Notes: a model not told the origin generated them from the sequence alone. Shown: positions 38,113 to 52,761, numbered from the stretch's first letter. The stretch: 64,000 bases of DNA from Trichosphaerium sp. ATCC 40318 (GCA_038496445.1 JALMLS010000071.1:94181-158180); one strand, 5' to 3'. Made by a program: numbers and translations.

Positions 38113-39547
38113 CGAGGGAAGTACAAATGCCGTGCTTATGTAAAAGTTAATTACGAAGAAGCACTTTTTGAGTTTTGATCCTACTGGCAGACAGTTATAC
38201 TATGGAATCGCTTGCGACGCTTTGGATAGCTGGTAGTCTCAAAAACTGATCTAGCTTCAAAACAAAATAAGAGACGGGCACTGATGATATCTATAAGTTG
38301 TAGTCGTTTCTAGCAACTTTTCGTTTAAAGCAATGGTGCTCAGAATGTAATGGGAAACTTACAACGTTATTGTCTTGCCACTTTGAGAAAAGGAGATGTG
38401 GCAGTCCGTTTGGCAATAATCTTTTAGTGCATTTTTCTACATGTCTCGAAGACTACATAAAAGACGCATCAAACTGCGCTAGAACAACTCACTTTTTTCC
38501 GTGTTATGACACTCCATAACAGCATTGTTAGACTCAACTACAACGATAGCCAGGAACGTTCATTCAGTATTCGGTTTTGGTTACCGATTGTGCTCAACAG
38601 TGGGCAAAAACCTGAACGAGGATACATTTCTTTGAACAATATTTGAAAAAAATCACTTGAAATTATAATAGCTGTAGATAGCGCTGTAGTCACTTTGTGG
38701 TCGGTTGCTTGGTTACTTACTATATTCTCTTTTCTTAGAAGTACATGTATTATGTTTTCCATACATGCGCATTTGATAGGAATGCAACAGTAGTAGATAA
38801 TCTATTAGAACCAGATAAGTCTGATAATTTTCCAGTGTTGAAAGAAGACACGTAGGACAAAGAAAAGATGATGCAGCAAAAATATTGATGCACTTTCTGA
38901 TTGAAAAAGAGTTTGAACAACAATTATAATTACAGTTGTTGGGCATTTACATCACGTGATCGAATGATGTCATAGTGAAAAAAAAATAAAGAAAAGTTGC
39001 CATCACTCGTTTGGTTTTTAAGCTAAATCGGTTTTTATGAGACTACCAGCTATCCAAAGCGTCGCAAGCGATTCCATAGTAACTGGCTGCCTGTAGGATC
39101 AAAACTCAGACAACACAAAAAGTGCTTCTTCGAAATTAACTTTTACATAAGCACGGCATTTGCACTTCCCTTTCGTTTAAAGCAATGGTACTCAGCATGT
39201 AATGGGAAACTTACAACGTTATTTTCTTGCCACGTTGAGAAAGCAGATATGGCAGTCCGTTTGGCAATAATCTTTTAGTGCATTTTTCTACATGTCTCGA
39301 AGACTACATAAAAGACGCATCTGACTGCGCTAGAACAACTCACTTTTTTCCATATTATGACACTCCGAACAGTGTTGTTAGACTCAACTACAGTGACAAA
39401 TAGGAACGTTCATTCAGTATTCGGTTTTGGTTACCGATTGTGCTCAACAGTGGGCAAAAACCTGAACGAGGATACATTTCTTTGAACAATATTTGAAAAA
39501 AATCACTTGAAATTATAATAGCTGTAGATAGCGCTGTAGTCACTTTG
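38113..39547. repeat. Local duplication-inversion of the upstream flank of the lectin-like gene
   Basis: 38113-38244 is inverted relative to 39034-39170; about 38318-38698 is a direct copy of about 39170-39547. Confidence 0.85.
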
Positions 39548-41108
39548 CAGCATAGCTTTCGGAAGTGCTTAAGTTGCAGTGACTTAGCCCACGTTGCACC
39601 TTTATTGTCATAATCACAACATCAATCCTCATGAACACCTTATCTCTTGTCCTTCTCTTAGTCTGTGCTGCTACTCTCACCTTTGCCGCCTATGAACCTG
39701 GCGTACAAGAATGCTTGACTTCTCTAGGCGCTTACCCAACAGGTACGATTTCTAACATTTCACGTGAATTATCTAAAAATGACCACTGTTGTCAACGTTC
39801 CTTTTTTGCCAAAGACTAACCCTCTTTTGTAGGTGTCGCAAACGATTTCTCATTACTACCTTCCGGTCTCTCTTCAAGGGATTCTCATTGGGGTATTTGT
39901 GGTAGTCCACATCCTGGATTCAACAACTGTTGGGACGACAATGTAGCGCCAAACCAATGTTGCGATTCACGAGTACTAAACGACAACAGTTGGGTTAACC
40001 CAGCCAGTTTCCCAGTTCCAGTACGTTTTAAATCCAAACAATAAGGCCCTACCGTTCTAACTTCGTTTTAACAGGCAGGATGGGTTAGCGCTCCAAGTTA
40101 CAATGACCTAACCTTCACAAACTTCGTATACAACGTTGAACTTACAGCTCCAGAATGCGAAGGCGCTTCAGTCACTGCAAAATGTTGGGCTGACAACTAC
40201 ATTGCTACAGCTACTTTGAACGGTCAACTGATCACTTTGCCTTGCGCCTACCATTCAAATGCATTTAACGCTGCAACCACTTTCACCTTGACTTTGGCAC
40301 CAGGCGTAAACACTCTTGTTGTTGACTTGAGAAACACAAAGCTTGTAAATGGCTTCATGCTCGCTTACACCAACTGCTCCACATGTGAACCAAAACCTTG
40401 CCGTAAAGCTCTTATTGGTACTGGTAGCTCTGTGAATTGTAGAAATGACCCAAATGCTGAAGACCCGCTTCAAAACGCCAAAGACGATTGTGCAGCGTAC
40501 GCTTTTGTTTTGCTTCCTTTGTATTATTTTTTTTTCTGATTTTTTACTGATGTGTTACTAGTCAATGTGTTGCCTTGGGTTTTCCTGTTGTTGCTGACTA
40601 TGGTGGCTGTCATGTAACATCTGTAACTGAGATGGATCTTGGTTGTTGCGACAGTGGTATTATCACTAAAACAACGGCTGAATGCTCTTGCTGCTGCGAT
40701 TGTGACCCTGCCACACCTGCTCCTGGTTCTGTAACCAAAGCTCCAGTGTCTTCTGATAGACAAACTGATGGAGAAACAGAATTTAGCAGAGAATAGACAA
40801 GAAATGTAACCACAAAACAGTGCACTCTAATAAAAAATACTGTTTAAACCACGTGATGAAACCTTTCTCTTTCATTTTCGTTGAAATGAACACTTCTCAT
40901 TACAATCTATGATTTTGTAGGTATTGGACCGAAGTGTTTGCGTGATGATCTCGAAAAAACAAACGGTGGAATGTGCACAAGTAAAGAAGCAATGGTTCTA
41001 AATCGTTTTGGTCATTTCCAAAGAAACTTTAAAGTAACTTGACTTCTCAATTCACATGTATTATATTATTACGTTTTCTTCAAGGTGTACTTGCAAATTC
41101 GCATACTA
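38977..41108. repeat. Left arm of ~2.1-kb inverted segmental duplication (right arm 56311-58520)
   Basis: Exons, introns and flanks match the reverse complement of 56311-58520. Confidence 0.92.
39631..40796 (+). CDS. Secreted Cys-rich protein with jelly-roll lectin-like (WADN; CBM67-like) domain, copy 1
   Basis: Signal peptide; GWVS...KCWADNYIATATLNG...LAPGVNTLVVDLRN...NGFM; Cys-rich C-terminus; 3 introns. Confidence 0.75.
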
Positions 41109-41796
41109 TCAGAACACGTGCTTACCCAATAGCCATGAAAACACAGTGGTGTTATTGTACAAGTACTCGACGTATCGTACAACGCAGGTGAGATGTTAAA
41201 TCGTCACAATAAATTCTTCAGCTTTACAGTGATTAAAAACGAATCCGAGACTTAAGAATACCAAAACAGAAGCGACAGTGCACATAAAAATTTGCTGACT
41301 TTACATTGAACTACTACGCCTAGAGAGTGATAGTACTTCCAATTCTAGTCTTGGATTACAATTACATAAAGAATTAAAGCGGGGTAACGAGTGGCTTTGA
41401 AGAATATCGCAATGAAAATATTTTAACCATAATTCGGATGGAGGAAGCCTTGGATTGAGACATTCCTTATAAAAACGATACACAGTCCGCTTTAAAATAC
41501 AACACATTTGCGTGCACAAATGATTAGTACCCATAAATCACAGTGCTTTATAGTCCCATGTAAAGACATTATTACAGTTTATTTCTTCAATAAACCAATG
41601 AACAAAGTCCTAGTTAGATTGAGCGAGATAAAAAATAGAACAGTTTTTCAAATGAGCCAAACGTACGCTAATAAAAGGCTGCCAGAGTTTTGGTTTCTTC
41701 AAAGGGTGTGTACTAAGCCCAAAATAGGTATACAGTCTTTTATTAAGTCAGATGACACATTATAAGTTCAGTGTGTAATTTATTGCCAAGCAAGAT

Positions 41797-44700
41797 ATGA
41801 GAGGTACCACAGCGTTACTTGTATGTGCCTTATACTACCCAATACCAAATAAAGCGAATTAAGCTCATTACTTTTCAAGGTTTTCGCTTGTATTGCGCTA
41901 TGTGTTTGCCAAAGAGGTATGAAACGACAGGTACAATGGGATACATATACATATAAATTGGAAGAGAGCGCTAATGGCATGGTACGATAGTTTTTACAAA
42001 AGTTTTTTCAACCCAATATGCGTACCAACATTACTCTTAAAGACGTTCTGGACCACTTCCAATACGAGGAAAGTACAAGGCGACGATACTTTACCATCTG
42101 CTACGCACTCAGGTATTTATTCATAACTATCACGTGATAAAACGTCAATAGCCGTTTTCTTTTTGGATGGGTTTTGAAATATATGCCCGCTAGTTCGGTT
42201 TTGTGTTTCCAGAAAATACCGGTATAATAGCTTGTGTTCATATCTTTGTTTAAGGTTTACATCTCGAGGCTGCGAGGCATGAATTCGAACCATTCCAATT
42301 AATAATCGCACCTGGCAGTGGCTCTATCAAGTTCACAATAGACAATTTTTCTAGTTTGGGTATGTATTGCTTTATTTTCTCAGTTTAGCTTATTTTTGAC
42401 TATTTAGACGACACTCAACGGATTGAAGTATCTTATTTGGGATACAGCGGAAATATTGTAGAAGAAAAAAACGTGATAAATAGCGGCGATACCGTGAATC
42501 AACAGGGGTGCGAGACGGATTTTCTCAATAAAAACTTTCATTTTTAACTGATTGTAGTGGTGATCACCTTGTGTTCTGGATCACTGTCTATGTTCCTAAA
42601 GTGCGTATTGATTTACGACCTCTCAATGAGTACTAATACAACACCTGTAGACGGCAACAAAGGGTGAACACACAACCACAATTACGTTAGAAAAAGGTAA
42701 TCATTATTTTACTAGCATTTTTGGCTTACACTTTGTTGTAGGTTCCAATTCATGGACAATACCAGTCGCTCTTCGTGTATTTGACTTTCAATTGCCCGAT
42801 GAAACCCACTTTAAGACACAAATGAATAAAGGAGGAATGACATGTAATGAAAATGGAGGTACACAAAATCTTACTTATTAAAGCATTTCTAACAAAACAA
42901 AGGCGGCCCAGAATTCAAGACCAAATACTGGTTCGAGTACAGGTACCGTAAGCTTCTAATTTGCCTCACTCAAATACAGCATAGGTTGACTCCAAAAGGA
43001 GGTCCAACATGTCCAAGTGGATTCAGATACGGAATCACGTGGGAACAAACGAAAAACGAAACAAACACGTACTAATTGACTTCCAATGTCAACTTGTATT
43101 TATTGTTTTAGATGTAAAAAGTTTGATGATGAGTTATCTCATGAGTCAAGCTGGATATGGACTGTTGGTGGATTAGCTAATAAGTATGTTCTTGGTAATG
43201 GATGGAATGATATTGGGTTTCCTTCAGTACGGAACTAAAACGATAATATTTGTTGTATTCATGCTTCATCTCCAAAGGTTATGTTGGGACAATTTGTCGA
43301 TAATTCTACACCAAGACCTTCAAGTTTTTGCGGTAGGCTCGTTTCATTTATTTCTCAAGTAATGTTACGCTTTAGGCGCTTCTAGAGCTGATCATTACGG
43401 AAACGAACCAGGAAATATCATTGATACTGATACAGCTAATGCTGCTTTGTTCGAAACTCCATACAACACTGAATGGTCTGAATGGCTAAGTAAGTAATTG
43501 CACTTTTTATTGATACATTGACGATGTGTAGGCGGTCTTGAAGATTATTTGAAGAATAATCAATTTGGCTCAATGATTGACAAAGGATACTGGCACGTGA
43601 TTAGACGTTCGAAATAAGGTCTAATATTTTTCCCAGGTATGTCATGAACGAACCATGTGGGTCAGCAGAGGAGTGCGAAGACCATGATGTAGCTGGTTTC
43701 TTGTGTAATCTTTACAAACGAGCTGCTCCAGATCTAAAAATAGCGATATCCGAAGAACCTTCGGCTAAAATAGCAAGCACTTGTTGGGGAGAATGTGGAT
43801 GTACGTAGACCTTTTCTTGTATCACCTTCTATCATGTCTCATTGATCTATTTAGATGATATTTGGATTGCTCATATTGGAGAGCTTAATAAAGGAGATAA
43901 CTTAGAGTATTCTCAATACCGAAGAACAAAAGGCACGCTACTACAACATTCTCTAATACATTACTGATTATCAATATTATAGGTGAAGAGTTATGGACAT
44001 ACAGTCTACCTCAAGATGCTGATCCGTACTGGAATCCTACAGTAGTTAGTAATCAAGGCGTACACGTCAGAACAATAACATGGGTATGTGAGATAAAATT
44101 AGATACCATCCTTTCTCACGTTTTTTCAAGACATCATGGAAGATAAGAGCAACCGGTTATGCTTATTTCGATGCCGGTACGAAAAAAAACTCTTTCAAAC
44201 TTTGCGTTAAAAATAATGTTAAAAGGCACGTGGTGGTCTAATAATAATACACCAAACTTGAGATGGGACCTCTTCAGAGAAGCAATGGAAGATTATGAGT
44301 ATTTGTGGATCGCAAACGGTGGTAAACATCCTGAAGCAGGTACGATGATCTTCACATTCAATTATTTATTTACCGAAATAACAAAGGTGTTGCTTCTCCT
44401 ATTGATAGAACAGTGTCTTCTGTATCTTCCTCTCTTGTAGACTGGAATAAAGATGCAGATGCTCTGATGCTGTTGAGACAACAGGTGGGAGAATACATAG
44501 AAGGTGGTATGCAAGGTGATGCACCAACCATTTTAGTTGCTTGTAACAAACAGCCTCGGGATACATACCATATAAACTTTCAGGTACTAACTTCCTTATC
44601 CACTTATCAACGCTAACAACATCAAGAATCCTTCAGATACCGGACTTGATTTGGGTCAATACACTATGAATGTAGGATGGCCTGCAGCAGCTTTTAATCC

Positions 44701-45651
44701 GGTAAGCCTCCGAAAGGTATCAAATTTCTAATTTGTTCAGGTTGAGGATGATTACGGTTTTACTGGTCCTCATATCGGTAAAAATCCTGGTAGATTACTA
44801 TATAACAACGCTGGAGTATTGAGTAAGCCTGGATACCCAGACTGGGAAAAGACGTTCATCTATGATGACTATGGACGACCAAACGTCTTTGGTAATAATT
44901 TTTTAGCCAAATTAGTGAATACCAGTTAGACACACGTGCTGATTGCTTTAGATTTCTGTGTTGAGAATGGCGTATACAATGTTACAGTATCGGTTGGATT
45001 TCCAGATCGTAAATACAATATGATGCATGTTGAAGTAGAGGTACATTAAGCACAGACTCAAAGTAAAAAGGAAACTAAACATTTTTTGAAGGGAAAAGAG
45101 ATCATTCATGGTCCAAACAATGGACCTTCATTCAAGCTAGAGGCATCTACTGTAGTTTACCTAACTGATTGTTGTATTTCAGTTACATTCGCAACTTTCA
45201 ATGAGTACACAATGGTATGACAAAACGAACTGCTAAATCGAAACACTTTCTTTTGTATTTTATCTCAGCTAAACAGTTCATTCTGACAATTTCTCAATAG
45301 CTTCAAACAATGTCTGTTGTACCTGTAGGACCTCCAGGTATTCGTTCACCGACAGGCACTGAAGTTATAGAGCCAGATGCAGGCGATGATGAGATTTGTA
45401 AGTCAAACCAAATACCTAGTGTCATTGTTCCGCCTACAGCTATCCCGTCAATCCCATCAAGTGCTACACCAAGTGCTACACCAAGTATGAATCCGTCATC
45501 TAATAATACGGATTCAAGGGATTCCAATAACTCTTCTGGACTTATTTCCTTCTTTGCAGGTACATTACATTGGTGTTTGTTTTCTTAACTTTTTCTAATT
45601 TTTTTTGAAGGTCTCTGCTTCCTTTGTCTTTTCTTCTCTATGGAACTCTAG
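41797..45651 (+). CDS. Secreted, probably GPI-anchored DUF4091/GH123-like glycoside hydrolase
   Basis: Signal peptide MRGTTALLVFACIALCVC; AARHEFEPFQ, FWITVYVPK, LRVFDFQLP, YVMNEP, LRWDLFREAMEDYEYL; S/T/P stalk and hydrophobic tail; more than 20 introns. Confidence 0.75.
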
Positions 45652-46024
45652 AATATTCACTATAGATATCGATTTAGTAAATAAAGAATTACTTGTAGTA
45701 AATCTGTTTTTGCTTCGAGTAATTAGAGTAAGAAAGAAAACAAACCAATTTTTGGAGACGTTTTAAAATAACAAACAGAATTAAACTGAGGTCATGGCAG
45801 GACACATTTTTTCATTATTGGAATATCACAGGACTCTGATTTCAAAGTCCTCTTGAGTCTATCGTGTTTATATACAGCGTTTGATGTGATACTTGCAAAT
45901 GCAATTAGTAGTGCACACCTAGATATTACAGTAATATCTAAAAATATGTTTTCAACTAATATCAAGAATCCAGACTAAAATTGACTCGTATCGTGATGTG
46001 AATTACGTGTTGAGCACTTAGTAA

Positions 46025-47264
46025 ATGACAGCCAAACCCAACGCAAAGCAGTCGCATCAGTATACTTTCTTAGGCCGCCATAACGAAGTGTATGCGTAAT
46101 CAAGTTTATTATTGCGCTAACAGGTAATAAAAAGGTCTAAAGAACTATACAAAGCAAGGGAAAACTCTACAGGGCAGATTGTGGCAATAAAAAAAATACA
46201 GATTCCAGATCCTGAGCCGTGGGACGATTTACGAAACAACGCTATTCCTGCAGTGTTCAGAACAGAAAACCCAAACTTTGTTAGAATAATTACAGGCTTC
46301 TTTGAAGACTCCATGTACTTTGTACGCTTTGAGAAAAATATTTTAATTTTCACGTGGCTAACACGTGACACTTGTTATCAAGTGTGTTATGGAGTATTGC
46401 AGTACTGGTTCAATAGGTGACATAATGGAAAGACTTGATGTTTGCTTGAATGAAGGCCAAATATCAAGGATTTTATTAAGTGTGTTATATGCATTGGTGT
46501 ATTTGCATGATAACCATGTCATTCACAGGGAAATTAATTCATGTATGATGTCATCTATTACCTACAACAAATAATTACTTAAAGACCACCTAGATAAAAT
46601 ACTACTCGATGACAATGGCAACCCTAAACTTAGTATTGTTGACAGCTTTTTTTTTTATGTTTAACTTCTTGCAGGACTTCCGTTTCCACGAGGGGATAGG
46701 AATACTTACTCTTTTAATGTATGTTGCATACATAACCTATTTTCAAAATATAATTAAGAATTAGAATACTGGGCTAGCGTACTGGCTTGCTCCTGAAGTT
46801 ATCAAAGGCTTGCAAACTAGTGTATGCAATATTGAGCACATTCTTTATTTGTTGATGTGTATTAAGTTTGCTGTTGATATTTGGTCATTAGCTATAACTG
46901 CAATACAAATGGCTGAAGGAAACCCACCATTATTCGACGTTCATCCCATGAGGGCATGTGATTTTAGAAAAACTCTTCAAAACCAAACTGTGTTAACTGT
47001 TTTTGATAAAGGCACTGTTCATGATTGGCAGAAACCCTCCACCAACATTGACTACCCCTGAGCTATGGACAAGCAACTTTAACTCATTCTTGAAGTGCTG
47101 TTTGGTAAAGAAATCTAAGAATAGATACACAGCAAAGCAAGCATTGAATGTATGCCTCTAAAATCAATCACTTACAGCTAATTTTTTTACAGCATAAGTT
47201 TATTGCTTTGAGTAAACACCAAGGAACACAGTGTCTCATGAGGCTACAGAAAATGAAGAAATAA
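46025..47264 (+). CDS. STE20/MST-family kinase-like protein, probable pseudokinase
   Basis: [50 protein letters not shown] present; HRD is HRE, no DFG or GxGxxG. Confidence 0.8.
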
Positions 47265-47609
47265 TATCAAGCCTTGTATAATTGAAGATTCTTGGAATTG
47301 GAAGTACAAGTCATACACAAGATATAAAAATATTGTATTAAAACAACCATTAGCTTGTTCTATGTTTCTTCCACTACTGTAAAGAATAAAAAACGAGTTA
47401 AATAGTGTTTTGAGTCAACATGTTGTCAAGTAGCTGGCGTGGCATAGCTTGTATTAGTTGAAATAAACCAGTATCAACTTGCCGTAGACGCAAATATAAA
47501 ATAGTAGCGCGTCAAGAAAAAAGATAGGCAATTGACTCTTACAGCTTTTTTCCTTCGTTTGTTAAAAACGTGATACAGTTGTTACTGCTTGATGAGGCTC
47601 CAAAAGAAT

Positions 47610-49833
47610 TTATTGCAACTTTATTACATGTAAAAACAAGACAATCGTAATTACAAGAAATGCATTTGCACCAATTGTGGAAGAGCTACTATCAGTATTG
47701 TTGTTTTCCTAGTAAGTGAGTCAGTCCTCGAGTTATTCTTCTTGTGTTTTTCGTACTGGTTGCTTGTTTCCACTTAAAACATCTGAAAGTGATGTACAAG
47801 CGTTCTGTCCATTGACTCTGTATCGATTGGTAGCTTTAATATCCGACCAAAATGTATCTAGAAACAACTATAAAAATACACTTTAATGTAAAATGTCTCT
47901 TACTGAGAACTGCTTTTGTCCAGTCGTTTTGATCTTCTTCTTTTATTGCCCATACTTTAAGCATGTATCTGTTAGATCCTACATCTTTAGTTATTTCTTT
48001 GTCCCTATAAACAAGAGATGCGAACCAGAAGGTATGTCAGAAGATACAGGAACAGTAAGAGAAGCTATGCCAGATCCAGAAACTGCGACCTTAGCTGAAG
48101 CTCCGTAGAACGAGTATGGAGCTCTATCAAGTAAAATGTCTACTCCAATAAGCAGAGGTTCATTGACACGATACACAACGTTTACTGAGAACATTGAACC
48201 ACCTAACTTAGGTAAATAGAATAGAAAAACTAATCAAGTGGTTGAGTACTTTGTTTTGGAATTTCTATCACGTTTGGTCGCAAGCACAAGTCTACTGGAG
48301 CTTCAACGTGTTAGCTAGTTCTTTAATTAATATATTACCTATTGGTGGCTCCGTTGTTGGCGCATCTGTTGGTGGAATAGGTTGAGTAGGTTGTGTTACG
48401 CTAAAATCAGGAATGGGAAATGGTGTAAAGGAAACTGTTGAAGTGGATGGATGTCTAAGCTTCGCTGAAATAGATTGGTCATTAAACGGGTTTGTCATTG
48501 TTCCCAATAGTTCTGATTGAGCTTGAGATAGAGGTACTACAGAAGCGAAGCCAGGGTCACGTAAAAAATCGCCTGAAGGAATTGATTGACTTGTGAGGTC
48601 TCCGTTTTGATTCCAGTGAACGTTCCCAGACGTCTGAACGTTGTTGCTTGTTTGCTGAGAGTAAGAACCTCCTGACCCTCTTGCGTAGTAAATATTATTC
48701 TCTACAGTAACGTCATCACTGTTTTGAACACCAAGCTCTCCGTCATTGGTGAATGCAACAGTGTAAGCTGGGTTTAGAATCTGAACAAAAACTCTCGTTA
48801 TTTTCAACATATTGATAACATTCAGTGATGTAGACATTCGTACCCTTGTTGTCTGTACGTTATCGAACAGAATATTATTCCGTACATCAACGTGTTGAGA
48901 CTGGAATATATTGATACCCCTTGCTCCGTTTCCGTAGCATAGGTTACCTTCAATAAGAGTTCTTTTGTTGTACGTTGAGTGTTGCTTATTAAGATAATCA
49001 AGAATAATACCTTAAACACATTACCATTGCGATAATTAAACGTTTATGAACAAGAAAATAAACGTACCTTGGCCGTCGGTCATCTGGTTTTGGAAACACG
49101 TGCACCCACGAAGATTAATGTTCCATCTAGCAATATTGTTTCGAATAACAAGTCCGTATCCGTTTAGTTCAGCCATTGATCCAAGGTTGTTCTCTTTGAA
49201 CACTCCAAAAGACATACCACTATTCCCACTATCAGTTAAGAAACCGCAATGCTCTACGATATTGTCTTCAACGAGCACATCACTCGCTCCACCAAAGGCA
49301 ATACAATTATCACCAAAATCATGAAAATAATTGTTTCTTGCAATAAAATGGCCAAGCGGCTTTCCTCCTCCGCCAGACGACGCAGTGTTTATGCCTCTTT
49401 GATAGTATACGTATCCTTGAGGTCTTCCTAATGGATTGCCGTCGTACGGGAACACTTCAAAGCCTTCAATAGTGATAAAACCAGCGCCGTTTATAGAAAA
49501 ACAACTGATGGAAGCACACTTGATTTTTGGCTTGACACCATTTGAGTTGGGTACACCCTTGAATGTTATGTGGTTGCCTATAGAACCTGACTTTGTTATA
49601 AATATATGGTTCCATACGTCTCCATGCGATATATCGTCGTATAAACCTTCGTAGACATTTACAGTGTCACCAGGTTGTAAATTTTGGCTGGCAGCAAACC
49701 TGATTGTTTTCCACGCGTTGTTGAATGATGTACCACTGTTTTGGTTAGAGCCCGTGGTACGCACGTGGTATTCGATACAAAACACCGTTCCGGATGTAAA
49801 TAGCACCAGCAATAATAAGTGGGTAGTTTTCAT
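47610..49833 (-). CDS. Secreted/GPI-anchored right-handed parallel beta-helix (pectate-lyase-like, DUF1565-type N-cap) protein
   Basis: YHVRTTGSNQNSGTS..AWKTI..LQPGDTVNVYEGLY; ITIEGFEV, IARNNYFHD, LVEDNIVEHCG; P/T linker; terminal hydrophobic tail. Confidence 0.8.
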
Positions 49834-51044
49834 GCGTTTGAAGACGTTGTGGTGTTGAGAAAGAGATACTAAAATTATCTTTGTTTGGGGAAATGAAAAG
49901 GGCGTAACAACTAGGTTGCAGTACTTGACTTCATTGGCGTTCTAGTCCCATACACCGAATATAGTCATGCCCAGCTCATTGTGTGATTTAAGTTAGCCTA
50001 ACTCTAGCCTAAGGGTTTGGTTATACAAGCATGGGACATGCGTTTTCTGTAATTGTGTTTACAGAACTCGTTCACGATTTAACAGGTGAGCACTTTGCAG
50101 TTAATGTAGCTCTTAAAAATATAGACAAGTGACTCCATGCCTGTTGGTATTATGTTACATAGCTTTGCAAGGAAACAAGTTCAAAGCTATTCTGTTTGTA
50201 CACTAGAAAGACATTTTGGCTAGGAGAAAAGAGTAATAAACCAAGTGTCTACTCTAGTAAAAAAAGAAGGAGTACAGGGAGCGGTATGAAGATCTAATTG
50301 CGGCGTTAGTTGTAAATGATAAAAAGAGATAATCCAATTCTTATTCGCAAAGGTTGCAGTGCAATTACTTCAGCTGTGATAATCTGCATGGTTCTAACCA
50401 GCTGTGCCAGGTACAGTGTTCTAATATTAAGAATTCATTGAATCTATTTTAGAAAAATACAAATTAGTACTTGGTGTTGTAGTTTATTGTGTTACAAAAT
50501 GTAACGGTAGCAACAATAAGAGCTGGACTTTACTACCTGAGCGGACGGTTGAACAGTTGTTAATGCTACAGTAGTAGGTGCACTCGTTTGATTTAAATCA
50601 CGTTGTAGACATATGGTGTGCCTAAAGTTAAGTTTTCTATTCGAAGTTCAAGAAAAATTCACATTTTTCGGTTTCTCACTCAACAGCGAGTTTTTAAAAG
50701 CAAATAAGCCCAACCAGTAGAGTTTTTTAATAGTAGACGCCTTTATTTGTCTATAACAACTTTTTTAAATTGTTAGTGCTGGATGTTTATCTAGCAACTA
50801 GAAGAGTGATCAACTTCTCTCTTTTTTTGTTTTTTAACGGAGCAGGACCACAAAGAACGAAGAGAACGTTGTGGAGTAGGTGGTTGTTTTCTTCTTATAT
50901 CTTAACTTTTTGATAGCTATGAATATCCAATACATGTATGACTTCTGAATAGGAGGTGAGGAGGGTTTTGTTTGTTTTTGTTTTTTTTTTAGTTTTTGAA
51001 GTTCCTTTTTCTGGTCTTTTTTTTATGAGCCATGATTCGTCTCT

Positions 51045-52761
51045 CTAGTGAGAAGAACCTACGCTTTTAGGGCTTAAAGCTCGCTTTGTTGCATATACAG
51101 CCAGGAAGATACTAGCATTTACAGGAATACCACTAAGCAACTTTGTAAGCAAATCTGTGTGCACAGAGAAAAAAAAACGCAAATTTAGCTGAACAAAAAG
51201 TACGTACCGTACTAAGCATGGCAAGTACCCACGGAAGAAAATCTTAACACCTCCTTCTTTGTAACTTTTTTGAAAACAATCAAGAGTGTTTTTGTATAAA
51301 CGTTTTGCAGGGTCTGGATGATCCTGTAACGAAGTTAGATAAATTGTTTTCAACCAAGCTTATAAACGTACTGTTTGCATTCTTGTTTTGACAAGTTCTA
51401 TTGGATACCAAAGACCCCAGAAGCAAGCACCAGCGGCACCACCTGCCATAAAAACGGTACTATATCTTGGAGCATCACCTTTCTTTGTGAGAGCATCGGT
51501 TACAGTCTAAAGGTATTGTTAATTGGTTTTTTTTTACAAATGTTAAAATGTCATACGCTGTAAGCCCAGAAATATGATCCAAATGCCGGCATGTTCCTCA
51601 AAAGTGTGGCTGTGCCTCCTTGGTATATTCTATAGTCTGTTAGAACTATACTTATCTATGCTATTATTTAATGTACCCTCTTATTCCTTGTTGCTGAATA
51701 ATTTGCTTTACACAATCGTACACGCCAGTAAACTGGCCAGAACCGATTTGTGCTTGCATCTTACACTTGAAAAGATCAATAGGTCCCTAAATAAATAACA
51801 ATTAACCTCTAGACCACAAAAATACGACCAAAACGCAATTGACGCGAATCATTGCAAAAAAGGAAAAAAAAATCCAAAAAATAAAAAAATGACACGTACC
51901 TCGCATACACTAGCTGCGACGCCTGTAAATGCACCTGACATAAACATCCTCTATATATAGAGTTAAATCAATAGTATTAACAAAAAGACAATAAACAATA
52001 AACCCCAAAAAACGAAAGATTTCGTATTTCGTATTTTTATTTGTCAGTTTTTGGAAATTAAGCGTAAAAACGTACCCATCCAGTTGTGTTTCCATTTTTA
52101 TCAGCCCAGAACTGCTTGAAACGACCATTTGAAAAGAAAATAATGGCGTTATGTACTACAGCTCCAGCTAGAGGAGATGCAGCTCCTTTGAATAAACCTC
52201 CAAGTCCTAATTGTCCGTATAAGCAGAATATAATTAATTTAATGGCGCAATTGTAAGTTGTAGATTAATTTGAGAGTGCATTGAAGCGTTTTTGCAGTAA
52301 CTTGAGCGCGGAAGCTTAATTAAGCGCCTAGGCTGTACCTTCTTGTCTGAATGTTTTAACAAACGCATCGCTCATGCCTCCGTAGCGTTCGCTTGTTTGT
52401 AACCTAAAAACTATCAGCGGAAGAAACAGGTAATTACGCCGTCGAGGACGCCTTTACACTACGTGGGGCAGTGATTATAAGACTTTTGTTTGTATTGTAT
52501 GCTTACCTAACTTTTATAGTATCTAAATAGAGTAAGAACAATGTTTGAGTGTGTGCAGAGCTGACAAAGCTAGTTACGCACCAAGAGGATGTCCTACACC
52601 AACTTGCGCAACACCACCCATAGTGCCTGACGCAATATCGAAAAGAGCATCCCTAAGTGTATTAGACAATGTATGGGCTGAAAATATGCTTTGTCACCAT
52701 ACCAATATTTTGATCGTGTACCAGGCACTTTTGCTGTCGTTGATACGCCTTCTCGTTGCAT
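51045..52761 (-). CDS. Mitochondrial carrier (carnitine/acylcarnitine/ornithine carrier-like, SLC25)
   Basis: GHPLDTIKVRLQT, GLFKGAASPL, GPIDLFKCKMQ, YPIELVKTRMQ, FFRGYLPCLVR. Confidence 0.9.
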
